This document shows, piece by piece, positions 48,573 through 59,285 of a stretch of DNA of 64,000 nt. A program made the translations under genes and the position numbers. Location: positions 32,001-96,000 of IMG/VR virus record IMGVR_UViG_3300038345_000251; one strand, 5' to 3'. The notes under the pieces are model-generated. The model did no database searches and was not told the DNA's origin. It saw nothing but the letters and a program-made list of their open reading frames with translations. Source of the DNA: a virus (taxonomy: Duplodnaviria > Heunggongvirae > Uroviricota > Caudoviricetes). Position 1 is the stretch's first letter. Each line of letters starts with the position of its first letter.

Positions 48573-49493
48573 TTAGCCTTCTATAAACTTAACATCTGTA
48601 TTCATAAATTTAGAATATCTTTCTTGTGCTAATCTAATAATATCTTCTACGTTTGCTCCTGAAACACCACCAATTTTATCTGAAAGTTTATTGTTAATTA
48701 ACAATGTTGGAACACCAGTATCTGGTGTTGCTGAGACAAATAAAACATGTGAATGTTCAAATCTTTGATATTGCATGTTTAAAAGTGGTTCAACATCCTG
48801 TTCAGTTGCACCTGCTGCTTTAAGCTTATCAATTGCACTTGTTGATGGTTTATAAGGTAATAATGTAAGTCTATTTACATCAATTGGTCTAATGTGCCCA
48901 TCACTCATTACAAGATAATAATTGATGCTAATAGGTTTAATACCACTCATGTTAAGATTTGTATATGTGTGTGCAGTAAGTTCATCATTATTACCTGCAT
49001 ATTGTGAAATACCACCTTTATCACCAAATTTATTTCTATCTATGCCATATCTTGCTTTACCAAATTCAACACCAAATTTTCCACCAAGTTCGTCTCTTTT
49101 TGTTTTCCAATCGTTGTACTTGCTATCAACATCATCTTGTGCTTGCCAAGGTAAGTTGTAAATTGTAAGTTTAATTACGTTTGTAACTTTACCTTCTTCT
49201 CCAAGATTTTTACCAAGAGTTTCATAATCGTCAAACGATTTCATTCTATTTGTTGCAGGATTACGGAAACTTCCTTTTGGAACTTCGATTTTAGCTGCTG
49301 ATACGTAACCAAACGTAACTCTATTACCAGGTTTTAAACCAGCCAATAAATCATAAAAATTTTCTTCACCAACGACATCACGCCATTTACAGGTTACTTC
49401 ATTAATACTTTCAGTAAGATAATTACTACCACCATTAGGCGTTTCTTCCATTCTTCTCATAAGAGATTTTATTTCATTTAATGTGTCTTTCAT
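48573..49493 (-). CDS. Hypothetical virion protein
   Basis: MKDTLNEIKSLMRRME...LTESINE leader-like N-terminus. Confidence 0.55.
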   Translation of the reverse strand: MKDTLNEIKSLMRRMEETPNGGSNYLTESINEVTCKWRDVVGEENFYDLLAGLKPGNRVTFGYVSAAKIEVPKGSFRNPATNRMKSFDDYETLGKNLGEEGKVTNVIKLTIYNLPWQAQDDVDSKYNDWKTKRDELGGKFGVEFGKARYGIDRNKFGDKGGISQYAGNNDELTAHTYTNLNMSGIKPISINYYLVMSDGHIRPIDVNRLTLLPYKPSTSAIDKLKAAGATEQDVEPLLNMQYQRFEHSHVLFVSATPDTGVPTLLINNKLSDKIGGVSGANVEDIIRLAQERYSKFMNTDVKFIEG

Positions 49494-49497
49494 ATCA

Positions 49498-49704
49498 CTA
49501 TATACTATTATTTTGTTTATTTATTTCATTACAAAATTCGCAAGCACGTTTAAAATTTGTAAATTTTTCTATTATTTCAAAATCTTCTAATAAACTTGCT
49601 TTATCTGGAATATATCTACCATTTTCATCAAAATCCTCAGATGTTATGATATTGTATGTTCCACCTTCATCAATTACGTAATAAATTATTTTAGAATGTT
49701 TCAC
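49498..49704 (-). CDS. Hypothetical protein
   Basis: 68-aa ORF tightly packed in operon. Confidence 0.5.
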   Translation of the reverse strand: MKHSKIIYYVIDEGGTYNIITSEDFDENGRYIPDKASLLEDFEIIEKFTNFKRACEFCNEINKQNNSI

Positions 49705-49725
49705 TTTAAATTGTTTTTATATAGA

Positions 49726-50367
49726 TTATTCAATAATTGTCCACATTTCTACAAATCTATATGCATCTTCATATTTTATTGTAGTATATCCATTTGTTCC
49801 AAAAGATTTACCCCAACTATTTCTTATTATAAAACCATGTTTATCATAGCCAACAATAGCAATTGCATGATAACCAAGAAATCTATCATATTTTCTTTGA
49901 TTCCAGAATTCTTTTGTGTTATTATAAACAGGAAGTGCACCAACACAAGGACCATTCATAACAAGAGCAACTTTAATTTTTTCAGCATCCCTTAAAAGTG
50001 CATATTCATCAATTTTAAGTTTTCCAAGATTTGAAGATACACCTTCATGTCTTAGAAAACGAAATGCATCTTTAAAAGTCATTCCATCACCTTCAGTTGT
50101 TTTACTGTTATAGATTTCAAAATAATTAATTTCATTATCTTTTCTATTATGTCCATTGTTTAAATTTTCTCTCCAGTTAAGAAAAGCAGATACAGAACAT
50201 GGAACACATATTGATAATTGTCCTTGATTTAATACTTCTGGTAAATATTTTTTATAAGAATAAGAATCAGGTATTTTTATTTGGTTAGATACGGTAGTAC
50301 CAAAAATATGTTCTGTACCATCAAGTACTGAAGGTTTATAACCACTATTATATACATTTCTATCCAT
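49726..50367 (-). CDS. Papain-like C1 cysteine peptidase
   Basis: NQGQLSICV (Q, C), YHAIAIVGY (H), IRNSWG (N). Confidence 0.9.
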   Translation of the reverse strand: MDRNVYNSGYKPSVLDGTEHIFGTTVSNQIKIPDSYSYKKYLPEVLNQGQLSICVPCSVSAFLNWRENLNNGHNRKDNEINYFEIYNSKTTEGDGMTFKDAFRFLRHEGVSSNLGKLKIDEYALLRDAEKIKVALVMNGPCVGALPVYNNTKEFWNQRKYDRFLGYHAIAIVGYDKHGFIIRNSWGKSFGTNGYTTIKYEDAYRFVEMWTIIE

Positions 50368-50388
50368 AATAAATTCTATTTAAATTGA

Positions 50389-50859
50389 TTATTTTCTATT
50401 AAATTTATCATCAATATATTTAAGTTTTGGTGGGTTTTTCTTTACAGCTCTGGTTTTTTTAGTCTCTTCATATGGGTCACAATTAACAAATCTCTTAGTT
50501 ACCTTATAAAGATTTTCTCTTGGAATTAAGATATATATAAGTTCAGATTCTTCACTATATACTTTAATATACATTCTTTTTGTTACATATCTACTATACT
50601 CAAAATCCAAATATCTTTCACTAATCCATTCGTCTAAATTTCTTGGCAATCTGTCAATAATACACATAGAATCAACTTGTTTTGGTGTATAATAATATAC
50701 GAATGCTCTCATAGTTCCTTCTTCGGTTGAAACAGCGGCAGCACCCATTGTAATAACATCAGGATTACTATTAGTAACCGTCATATTTCTTGTTTGACCA
50801 CAACCTACTAAAATAAGGATGCTAATAAAACTAATAAATAATACTTTTATTTTTTTCAT
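50389..50859 (-). CDS. Putative lipoprotein
   Basis: MKKIK + hydrophobic stretch + LVGC lipobox. Confidence 0.65.
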   Translation of the reverse strand: MKKIKVLFISFISILILVGCGQTRNMTVTNSNPDVITMGAAAVSTEEGTMRAFVYYYTPKQVDSMCIIDRLPRNLDEWISERYLDFEYSRYVTKRMYIKVYSEESELIYILIPRENLYKVTKRFVNCDPYEETKKTRAVKKNPPKLKYIDDKFNRK

Positions 50860-51009
50860 AATTAAATAAGGTTTTATTTTTAAATAAATAGTTTCTTAAT
50901 TCCAGTAAAACAAAAATATAATTTTTTTTCTTTAAATTCAACTTTTTTAAATTTTAAAACTATTTAAATATTTATATATAAGAGATAAACAATAAAACTA
51001 TGATAACAT

Positions 51010-51975
51010 ATGCCTAATAAGTTAACGCAAGATGAATTTATTAATAGAGCCAAAAAAATTCATAATAATAAATATGATTATTCAAAAGTTAATTATACTG
51101 GTTCTAATAATAAAGTATGTATAATCTGTCCTGAACATGGAGAATTTTGGCAAACACCACATGACCATTTAAGAGGTTATAAATGTCCAAAATGTAGTAC
51201 AAAAGCAAAGTTAGATAATACATCTTTTATAAAAAAAGCAAGACAAGTACATGGTGATAAATATGACTATAGTAAAGTTAATTATATTGATAGTAAAACG
51301 CCTGTTTATATTACATGTCCAGAACATGGTGAATTTTGTCAACGACCTTCTGCACATTTATACGGAATGGGATGTCCTAAATGTGGGACAATTTCTACTG
51401 GTATTAAAAGAAGGTTAGAACAAAATAATTTTATAGAAAAAGCAAGAGAAGTACACGGTAATAAATATGACTATAGTAAAGTACAATATACAACATCGTT
51501 GAATCCAGTTAGTATAATATGTCCATTACATGGCGAATTTTCACAAACACCACACAAACATTTATTAGGACATGGATGTCCTATTTGTGGAAATAAAAAT
51601 AATTTAACAGAAATAAAGTTTTTCCAATCTTTAAAAAATATATTTACTAATGTTGAGTATCAAAAAATTTTTCCATTTCTTTCTGATAAAGGATGTGTTC
51701 AAAAAATAGATTTTTATTTACCTGAATACAATATAGCCATAGAATTAAATGGTAGACAACATTATGTACCTGTTGAGAAATTTGGTGGAGAAATTGGTTT
51801 TCAAAGAATAAGAGAATTAGATATTAGAAAATATAACAGATGTATTAATAACGGTATTAAAATATTTTATTTTACACCACCATCAATGAAAAAATACATC
51901 ACAAATTATTTTGAAAAAGTATATACGTCATTTAATGACTTAATAAATGATATAAAAATGCTAAAAAATGATTGA
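51010..51975 (+). CDS. Zn-finger-repeat endonuclease (DUF723-like repeats + PD-(D/E)XK/Vsr-like), homing endonuclease-like
   Basis: 3x KYDYSKV.Y...ICP.HGEF.Q.P..HL.G..CP.C; then IDFYLPEYNIAIELNGRQHY. Confidence 0.75.
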   Translation: MPNKLTQDEFINRAKKIHNNKYDYSKVNYTGSNNKVCIICPEHGEFWQTPHDHLRGYKCPKCSTKAKLDNTSFIKKARQVHGDKYDYSKVNYIDSKTPVYITCPEHGEFCQRPSAHLYGMGCPKCGTISTGIKRRLEQNNFIEKAREVHGNKYDYSKVQYTTSLNPVSIICPLHGEFSQTPHKHLLGHGCPICGNKNNLTEIKFFQSLKNIFTNVEYQKIFPFLSDKGCVQKIDFYLPEYNIAIELNGRQHYVPVEKFGGEIGFQRIRELDIRKYNRCINNGIKIFYFTPPSMKKYITNYFEKVYTSFNDLINDIKMLKND

Positions 51976-53857
51976 TTTCAATTATTTACAAAAAGAGTAC
52001 CTTAAGTGTTTTAGAGATAAATCACGCATTTATATGATACAAAATTATCTCAAAACATATGATGCTACACAAAAGAAACAAGTTAAATTTAATTTATTTC
52101 CAAGACAACAAGATTTATGTTGTATTTTAGGAAATGCAAATAACGTTGTTACAACAAAACCTCGTCAGGCAGGTATCACAACAACAGTTGGTGCTTTCAT
52201 TGCGTGTGAAATGTGTTTAGCAGACCCTGATTCACCACAAACAGTACTTGTAATTGGTAACACATTAGACCTTGCACAACAAATGGTAACAAAAATTCGT
52301 GAATTCCTTTTACAATTTCCTGCTTGGATGTGGGGTGATGAATACATTACGGATATGTCAAAATATAATTTACCACCAGACAAAAATGAGATTTTTAAAA
52401 TTTGTAATCAAAAAGAATTAGTTTTAAAAAATGGATGTAGAGTGGTTGCACGTTCATCTGGTCCTGATGCTTCTCGTGGTGTCGGTGGTGTTACTTGGCT
52501 TATCTTTGATGAAGCGGCATTCATTGAAAACGGTAAAGATGTGTATGCATCAGCAATTCCTACAGTATCTACTGGTGGTAAAGTGGTTATGGTGTCAACA
52601 CCAAATGGTAAAGACCAATTATATTATGAAACTTGTAGATTGGCTGAACTTAAAGGTACTGATAGATGGAACAACTTTGAACTTGTTAAAATGAAGTGGT
52701 ATCAAGACCCACGATATAATAAACATCTTCAATGGTACAGAAAAAATAATGAAGGACAAACAGAATTCTATAAAGAACCTTTATTAGATAAAGAAGGTAA
52801 TATTAAATATGACAATGAACATTGGGAAAAAATGGTTGAAGACGGTTGGAAACCTCGTTCACCTTGGTATATTACAATGTGTCAACAATTTAACAATGAC
52901 GAAGTTAAAATTGCACAGGAACTTGATGTGTCATTTCTTGGTTCTGCATCAAACGTTGTACCACCTGAAGCAATTGAAATGCAAGATGAACTAAATGTTA
53001 GAGTACCATTACCTAAAGACGGTGATGGTGATATGTTCCATCTTGAAGATACTTGGATTTGGAAACCACCTATTCCTGGACATAGATATGTAATGCCTAT
53101 TGACTGTTCAAGAGGCGATAGCGATGACCGTTCATCACTTCAAATCATTGACTTGGATGGTATTGACGATGATGGTAAACCTTGTACTGAACAAGTATTG
53201 GAATATAATGGTAAAATTACAGGTGATGATTTAGGCGAAATGGCATATTGGTATGGCTCATTATATGGTAATGCATTTTGCATTGTAGAATCAATCGGTG
53301 GTTATGGTGATGCGACAATTTTAACATTAATGAGATTAGGTTATAAAAACCTTTATTATGATGACCCTAATCTTAACAAATATACAATTCAAAGAGAACA
53401 ATCAACTATTCAACCTGGTACTGACGGTAAACTTCCTGGTTTCCATAGTAACGCTGTTCGTTTTCAAATGTTAAGCCATTTTGCAAATGCTATAAGAACT
53501 AATGAATTTAAGGTTAGAAGTAGAAGAGTTATTTCTGAACTTGATACTTGGATTTTTAAAAATGGTAGACAAGACCACCAAGATGGTTGTCACGATGATA
53601 ATATTACATGTTTAGCAATGGGATATTTTGTTGTGAAATTCTATTTAGGTGATATGGAAAGAGCAAAAGAAAGGGATGCAGCATTTCTTAGAGCGTGGAT
53701 TAATAGCACACAAAATGTTAAGCCGTACAATTTTAACAAAGAAAATCAAGAAATTTCAGCAGCACCTAAAAAAACATATTTACCAATATATAATAATAGA
53801 ACAATACAAAAAGTTGGGAATACGGTAATTGATAGTTATAGATGGTTATTAGTTTAA
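51968..53857 (+). CDS. terL: Terminase large subunit (T4 gp17-like)
   Basis: KPRQAGITT, LIFDEAAF, STPNG, QELDVSF, ID.SRG..D, HDD. Confidence 0.92.
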   Translation: MIDFNYLQKEYLKCFRDKSRIYMIQNYLKTYDATQKKQVKFNLFPRQQDLCCILGNANNVVTTKPRQAGITTTVGAFIACEMCLADPDSPQTVLVIGNTLDLAQQMVTKIREFLLQFPAWMWGDEYITDMSKYNLPPDKNEIFKICNQKELVLKNGCRVVARSSGPDASRGVGGVTWLIFDEAAFIENGKDVYASAIPTVSTGGKVVMVSTPNGKDQLYYETCRLAELKGTDRWNNFELVKMKWYQDPRYNKHLQWYRKNNEGQTEFYKEPLLDKEGNIKYDNEHWEKMVEDGWKPRSPWYITMCQQFNNDEVKIAQELDVSFLGSASNVVPPEAIEMQDELNVRVPLPKDGDGDMFHLEDTWIWKPPIPGHRYVMPIDCSRGDSDDRSSLQIIDLDGIDDDGKPCTEQVLEYNGKITGDDLGEMAYWYGSLYGNAFCIVESIGGYGDATILTLMRLGYKNLYYDDPNLNKYTIQREQSTIQPGTDGKLPGFHSNAVRFQMLSHFANAIRTNEFKVRSRRVISELDTWIFKNGRQDHQDGCHDDNITCLAMGYFVVKFYLGDMERAKERDAAFLRAWINSTQNVKPYNFNKENQEISAAPKKTYLPIYNNRTIQKVGNTVIDSYRWLLV

Positions 53858-54041
53858 AAAGTAACGGCTAAGTAGTAAATACTTAGCCGTTTATGTTGTT
53901 TATCAAGAATATTCCTACCTAAGAAATAATCAGTTCCCCTTCCATACAACATATTTAAAGTGGGTATTTTTACTCACTTTTTTTTTGTTATATTATTCTT
54001 TAAATGAAACTATTTATAGTTATATAAATGTTTTTAATATT

Positions 54042-55172
54042 ATGACAAAGAGAACAGAAGAAATAAACAGTCTTTTTAGAAGAGTAAGAAGTTTACTTGG
54101 AGCACCTGTTCGTGCTGTTGAGTTGACTGATGACCAATTATGTGATTTACTTGAAATTTGTATTGAAGATTATTCAGAAAAAGTAAATAACTGGTTAATT
54201 GAAACACAATGGATGTCTCTTTATGGTAAAAAAGTTACAACACTTGATATGGCATTTGCTTTATCAACAAGAACTTTTGATATGATGAAAGACTATTCAT
54301 ATTGGTTTTCAAAACAAGTTGGGTTACAACAAGAAGGTCCTTGGGAACTTAAAAAAGACTTCTTTACAATTGAAAAAGGAAGACAGGTATATGTTGTTCC
54401 TTCAGGTAGAACAATCAATAAAGTAATGTATGTTAATCCTCCAACATCACAAGCAGCGTTATTTGCAAATTATGGTGGTATTGACATCGGTTTCGGTGGT
54501 GGTTATGGACAACTTGGTGGTGGTGCATATGGTCCTGTAGGTGGTTTTTATACAGCACCTGCTGCTGATGTTGCTTATCTTGCTACTGATTTACAGTATA
54601 AAAACAGACTTTTAAGATGTGATTTAACATATAAAGTAACTGCTGGTCCTAATGGAACACATTTAATTCATTTAATGTCAACACCTGGTAGTCCTTTATC
54701 ATTTGGTTTTGTCGGTGGTGTTGGACACGGTTTAGGTTTAGTTGGTTGTGAAGTTTGGTATACATATTATGATACAACAACAGCAGAAGAAGCAGATGAA
54801 TGTGCAAGAGCAAATGCAGGTAATGTTGTTTTAACTCCAGACCAGGTTCAGTTATCAACAATAGATTATGCATTCTTAAATGACCCAACAAAAACACTTG
54901 TCAGACAATTACTTGTTGCAAAAGCAAAACAGACACTTGGTTTAATTAGAGGTAAATTTAGTGGTAAAGTAAGTATTCCACAGGCAGAAATGACTATGGA
55001 TTATCAAACATTGATTCAGCAAGGTAAAGAAGAATGGGATGCTGCAATGAAAGGTCTTGTTGAAAGACTTGAACGTATGCACCCTGCTAATTTATTAGAA
55101 CAACAATCTAAGATAATGGAAAATACCTTGAACATTCAAAAACATATACCACTTCAAATTTATACTATATAA
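54042..55172 (+). CDS. Neck protein (T4 gp13-like)
   Basis: LGAPVRAVELTDDQ N-terminus; GLIRGKFSG; position between terminase and portal. Confidence 0.7.
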   Translation: MTKRTEEINSLFRRVRSLLGAPVRAVELTDDQLCDLLEICIEDYSEKVNNWLIETQWMSLYGKKVTTLDMAFALSTRTFDMMKDYSYWFSKQVGLQQEGPWELKKDFFTIEKGRQVYVVPSGRTINKVMYVNPPTSQAALFANYGGIDIGFGGGYGQLGGGAYGPVGGFYTAPAADVAYLATDLQYKNRLLRCDLTYKVTAGPNGTHLIHLMSTPGSPLSFGFVGGVGHGLGLVGCEVWYTYYDTTTAEEADECARANAGNVVLTPDQVQLSTIDYAFLNDPTKTLVRQLLVAKAKQTLGLIRGKFSGKVSIPQAEMTMDYQTLIQQGKEEWDAAMKGLVERLERMHPANLLEQQSKIMENTLNIQKHIPLQIYTI

Positions 55173-55184
55173 AAAAATAAAATT

Positions 55185-55400
55185 ATGATAAAAAAAGAAT
55201 TCATTAAAGAAGCAAAAAAAATATACGGTAACAAATATGATTATAAAACAATAAAAGATGAAAAACTGGAACCATATAGTATGATTCCGATTATTTGTGA
55301 TAGACATGGTTTATTTTTCCAAACAGTATATGACCATTTAGACGGAAAAGGATGTTTTGAGTGTTATCGTAACAAAGAAAAATTGACAGATGATGAATAA
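55185..55400 (+). CDS. Single Zn-finger repeat protein (DUF723-like)
   Basis: YGNKYDY...IICDRHGLFFQT...HLDGKGCFEC, one unit of the 51010 repeat. Confidence 0.6.
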   Translation: MIKKEFIKEAKKIYGNKYDYKTIKDEKLEPYSMIPIICDRHGLFFQTVYDHLDGKGCFECYRNKEKLTDDE

Positions 55401-55507
55401 TCTGTCAATTTTTTGATTATATTGACTTTATTGTTTTTTTGTAGTATATTGATACATAGAATAATTGTTTATAGGAAACTATTTATAATAAATAAATAAT
55501 AGATTTT

Positions 55508-57613
55508 ATGGCTGAAAAGAGAAACACGATATTTCATAATATATCAAATGTTTTATTTGGACAAAGTATTGCACCTGAAATGCAGAAGTTACCACCAACA
55601 GGAGGAATTACTTCAACAAACACAAACAGAGTGTTATATTCAACAAATAGTAAGGAAGATTATGAAAGAAAATTAACACAGTATAAACAACAAAAACTTT
55701 TATCTTATCAGTGGGCTAAAGCTGGTGCTGATAATGCAATGGAAAGTCTTGCAGGATATACTGCTGTTAAGTTAATGTATAGAGACGCTGATTTAATGGA
55801 TGAAATGCCTGAAATCGGTGCAGCACTTGACTTGATAAGTGAGGAAGCATGTGCATTCAATGGTGATGGTGAAATGGTACATGTTAAATCAAAATCAAAG
55901 AGAATTAAAGCAATTCTTGAAGATTTGTTTTATGAAAGATTAAACGTTAATGTAATGCTTCCTATGGTTGCAAGAAGTATGATTAAATATGGTAATGAAT
56001 TTATGCTTCTTAACATTGATGGTGATAGGAAAAACGGTGTTTTAGGTTGGAAAGAATTACCTGTTTATGAAATGGATAGAATCGAAAACGGTTACACTTC
56101 AGCAGCAGGTGTTATGCCAAATCAAGTTAATGATTTAAAACCTGATAAAACTGTTTTTGTGTGGGTTGGACATAATGAATCACTTCCTTATCAAAATTGG
56201 CAAGTAGCACACTTTAGATTGCTCAAAAACTCTTTATTCTTACCTTATGGTGTATCACATTTACATAAAGCAAGACGTGCTTGGAGAATGTGGAGTATGA
56301 TGGAAGATGGTATGCTTATTTATCGTCTTGATAAAAGTATTGAAAGACGTGTATTTAAAGTATTTGTCGGTGCTATTGATGACCAAGATGTACCTGCTTT
56401 CATTCAGGAATTCGCAAATAATTTTAAGAGAACACCAATTATTGACCCTGCAACAGGACAAGTTGATTTAAGAAAGAACTTTCTTGATGTTTCAAGTGAT
56501 TATTTTATTCCTGTAAGAGACCCTTCTGCACCTACGCCTATTGAAACACTTCAAAGTGCACAGAATCCTACTGCAATGGATGATATTAAATATATGCAAA
56601 ACAAAGTATTTGCTGCTTTACGTGTACCAAAAGCATTTCTTAATTATGAACAAGCACAAGGTAAGGGACAAAATATGTCATTACTTGACATAAGATTTGC
56701 ACGTATGGTTAATTCAATGCAACAGTTCTTATTATTAGAACTTAATAAAATTGCAATGATTCACTTGTTCTTTATGGGTCTTTCAGATGAAATTACTAAT
56801 TTCACGTTATCAATGAATAACCCATCAGCACAAATTGAAGCACTTGAACTTGAAGATATTACCAAACGTATTCAGACAGCAACAGCTGCTGTTACTGACC
56901 CAGGTACAGGTATTCCTCTTATGTCAATGCATAAGGCTATGAAGAAAATCTTAAAGATGTCAGATGCTGAAATTAAAGATATGTTTCTTGAAATACGTCT
57001 AGAAAAAGCAATGGCTGCTGAGTTGGAACAAACAGCAATGATTATTAAGAAAACTGGTATTTTCGATAGTGTTGATAGAATTTATGGTGATTTTAATGCT
57101 ATGAATGGACAACAGATGCAACAACAACAGCAACAAGATGGTATGGGTGGTGGTGCACCTGGTGGAGCAGCTGGTGGTTTTGAAGGTGGTTCATTGAATA
57201 TGGATTCATTAGGCGGTGCTGGTACTGAAGATATGCCTGATATGGGTGGAGAAGAATCATCAGTTGATATGTCACAAGCACCAGACCTTGATAATGGTGG
57301 ACCAACGGAATCAAAAGCATCAAAACCGACATTAAATGAAAAGAAAAAGGAAAGAATTAAATCATTTACTGAAAGATATTTTGAAAGATTAAATGAGGGT
57401 ATTAAAGAAGACCCTGATTATGTTGAAGAAGTGATTGATTTTGAAGGTAAAAATGTAACGATTAATGAAAAAGTTAACAGAATATTTGATAAGATAAACA
57501 ATATTATTGTTGAAAACGAATATAACGGACAAGATTCATTAGATGATACAGGATTAACTGAAAGTGCTTTCGATAAAGATTTCTATAATGAAATTGAAAA
57601 TGAAGAGGAATAA
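55508..57613 (+). CDS. gp20: Portal protein (T4 gp20-like)
   Basis: YRDADLM...PEI.AAL, EDGMLIYR...ERRVF, DYFIP, DIKY..K.F.AL.VP. Confidence 0.92.
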   Translation: MAEKRNTIFHNISNVLFGQSIAPEMQKLPPTGGITSTNTNRVLYSTNSKEDYERKLTQYKQQKLLSYQWAKAGADNAMESLAGYTAVKLMYRDADLMDEMPEIGAALDLISEEACAFNGDGEMVHVKSKSKRIKAILEDLFYERLNVNVMLPMVARSMIKYGNEFMLLNIDGDRKNGVLGWKELPVYEMDRIENGYTSAAGVMPNQVNDLKPDKTVFVWVGHNESLPYQNWQVAHFRLLKNSLFLPYGVSHLHKARRAWRMWSMMEDGMLIYRLDKSIERRVFKVFVGAIDDQDVPAFIQEFANNFKRTPIIDPATGQVDLRKNFLDVSSDYFIPVRDPSAPTPIETLQSAQNPTAMDDIKYMQNKVFAALRVPKAFLNYEQAQGKGQNMSLLDIRFARMVNSMQQFLLLELNKIAMIHLFFMGLSDEITNFTLSMNNPSAQIEALELEDITKRIQTATAAVTDPGTGIPLMSMHKAMKKILKMSDAEIKDMFLEIRLEKAMAAELEQTAMIIKKTGIFDSVDRIYGDFNAMNGQQMQQQQQQDGMGGGAPGGAAGGFEGGSLNMDSLGGAGTEDMPDMGGEESSVDMSQAPDLDNGGPTESKASKPTLNEKKKERIKSFTERYFERLNEGIKEDPDYVEEVIDFEGKNVTINEKVNRIFDKINNIIVENEYNGQDSLDDTGLTESAFDKDFYNEIENEEE

Positions 57614-57637
57614 ACTATTTATAAAGAAAATAATGTT

Positions 57638-58543
57638 ATGAACGAAGAATATATAAATACACTCAAAACGCTTGATGCTATTGAAGAATATAGAAAGAAA
57701 GTAAACGAAGCATGTGACAAACGTTCTGAAAGAGTTAAGTTATTAACAAAGGGATTTGAATTATCACAAATGCCTTTTGGGTATATTAAAGAATGTTTTG
57801 AAAATTTTGCACCTGTTTTATTTAATACTAAAGAAGGAAGAAAACTCATTAAAAAATACACAAATGAAGTTAAAAACAACCATACTTTAAGTACTTTACA
57901 TACAATTTACGAAAACATAAGAAAAACAAGTAAAGATTCAGACGTTGATTTCTTAATTAATAGTATTGTTAATGAAAATGTGAACTTGTCTCAAAAAACA
58001 GTTAAAACTGTTACTGAATCTTTAGGAAAAATTCTTGCAGAAGCATACCTTTATATTGGTAAAGAAGCAAATGAATTGATTCCTGAAGAAAAACAAAATT
58101 TAGACAATGCTATAAAATATATCACAGAAAATAAAAAACACATTAAAAATTTATCTAGTTTCAGTTCAGCAGTACAAGTAATTCGTGAAGAAATTGAAAA
58201 ACATGATGGTGTTAACGAATTCAAAACAAAAGATATTGATGCTATTGCTAATGAATTGATGAGAGAGTTTAATGAAAAATATAACGATAAATTATCTAAT
58301 GATGAAAAGAAAATGATAAAAGAACTTGCTGAAAATAATGATAAAGAATCTGTTTTTAACAAGTATAAAGAACTTTGTGTAAATAAGATTTCTGAAGCAA
58401 AAGAAACTTATAAAAAAGAAGGTGATGTACAATCATTAGATAGATTACAATCAATATTCGAACAGGTTAACAAAAAAGTTTTTACAGAAGATACAGTAGA
58501 AAAAGATATTTGTAATTTTATTGAAATAGCATCTATATTTTAA
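57638..58543 (+). CDS. Hypothetical helical protein
   Basis: 301-aa ORF after portal with ACTATTTATA promoter. Confidence 0.6.
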   Translation: MNEEYINTLKTLDAIEEYRKKVNEACDKRSERVKLLTKGFELSQMPFGYIKECFENFAPVLFNTKEGRKLIKKYTNEVKNNHTLSTLHTIYENIRKTSKDSDVDFLINSIVNENVNLSQKTVKTVTESLGKILAEAYLYIGKEANELIPEEKQNLDNAIKYITENKKHIKNLSSFSSAVQVIREEIEKHDGVNEFKTKDIDAIANELMREFNEKYNDKLSNDEKKMIKELAENNDKESVFNKYKELCVNKISEAKETYKKEGDVQSLDRLQSIFEQVNKKVFTEDTVEKDICNFIEIASIF

Positions 58544-58545
58544 CC

Positions 58546-59253
58546 ATGAAACTTGTTTTAACAGAACAACAATATAATAAATTAAAAGAATATTATTTAG
58601 TTGAATCGTATATAGGTTCAATTAATGAATCATTTAGTTTACCTATGTTATGGAAAAAATATAAGCATTTAATTATGGTCGGTATTTCTACTGCTGCTAT
58701 AATCGCTTCAATTAATGCACTTAATATAAACCAAAATGATAAATTAAAATTATTAGATTTAGTTAATACGGAAATGAAACAAGATACTAATTTTAACCAA
58801 AAAGTTGAAGCAGTGAAAAATTATATGGCAACTGCTGCAAAAAATCAGGGATTTAACCCAGAAGACATACAATTAACGCCTGAAGAAATGATTAATGCTT
58901 GTAATGAAACAGGTTTTGATTTACCGCTTTTAATGGCACAAGCACATCTTGAAAGTTGTTTTGGTTTGACTAAACGAGCACAAAAAACAAATAGTGTATT
59001 TTCTGTTGGTTGTTGGGACAATGGACAAAACAAAAAGACATATTCAACGCAAAATTCGTCAATTAGACCATACATTCAGTTACTCCAAAACAATTATTTA
59101 CAGCAAGGAAAGAAAACATTGGATGATATTCTTAAACCAAATGGGTTTGTTAATCATCAAGGTAACAGATATGCATCTGATACAAAATATGAAAGTAAAC
59201 TTAATTCAATAAGAAATAGAATTTTAAAGAATTATCCAATATTAGGACAATAA
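58546..59253 (+). CDS. Glucosaminidase/lysozyme-like peptidoglycan hydrolase with head leader
   Basis: MAQAHLESCFG, NSVFSVG, YASDTKYE (GH73-like); MKLVLTEQQY leader. Confidence 0.75.
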   Translation: MKLVLTEQQYNKLKEYYLVESYIGSINESFSLPMLWKKYKHLIMVGISTAAIIASINALNINQNDKLKLLDLVNTEMKQDTNFNQKVEAVKNYMATAAKNQGFNPEDIQLTPEEMINACNETGFDLPLLMAQAHLESCFGLTKRAQKTNSVFSVGCWDNGQNKKTYSTQNSSIRPYIQLLQNNYLQQGKKTLDDILKPNGFVNHQGNRYASDTKYESKLNSIRNRILKNYPILGQ

Positions 59254-59285
59254 AAAAGGGAACTAAATCAGTTCCCTTTTCTTTT

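Noticed and set aside
52159-52185. Inactive terminase because Walker A reads RQAGITT
   Set aside because: Other ATPase and nuclease motifs are intact; a variant Walker A alone is not evidence of loss of function
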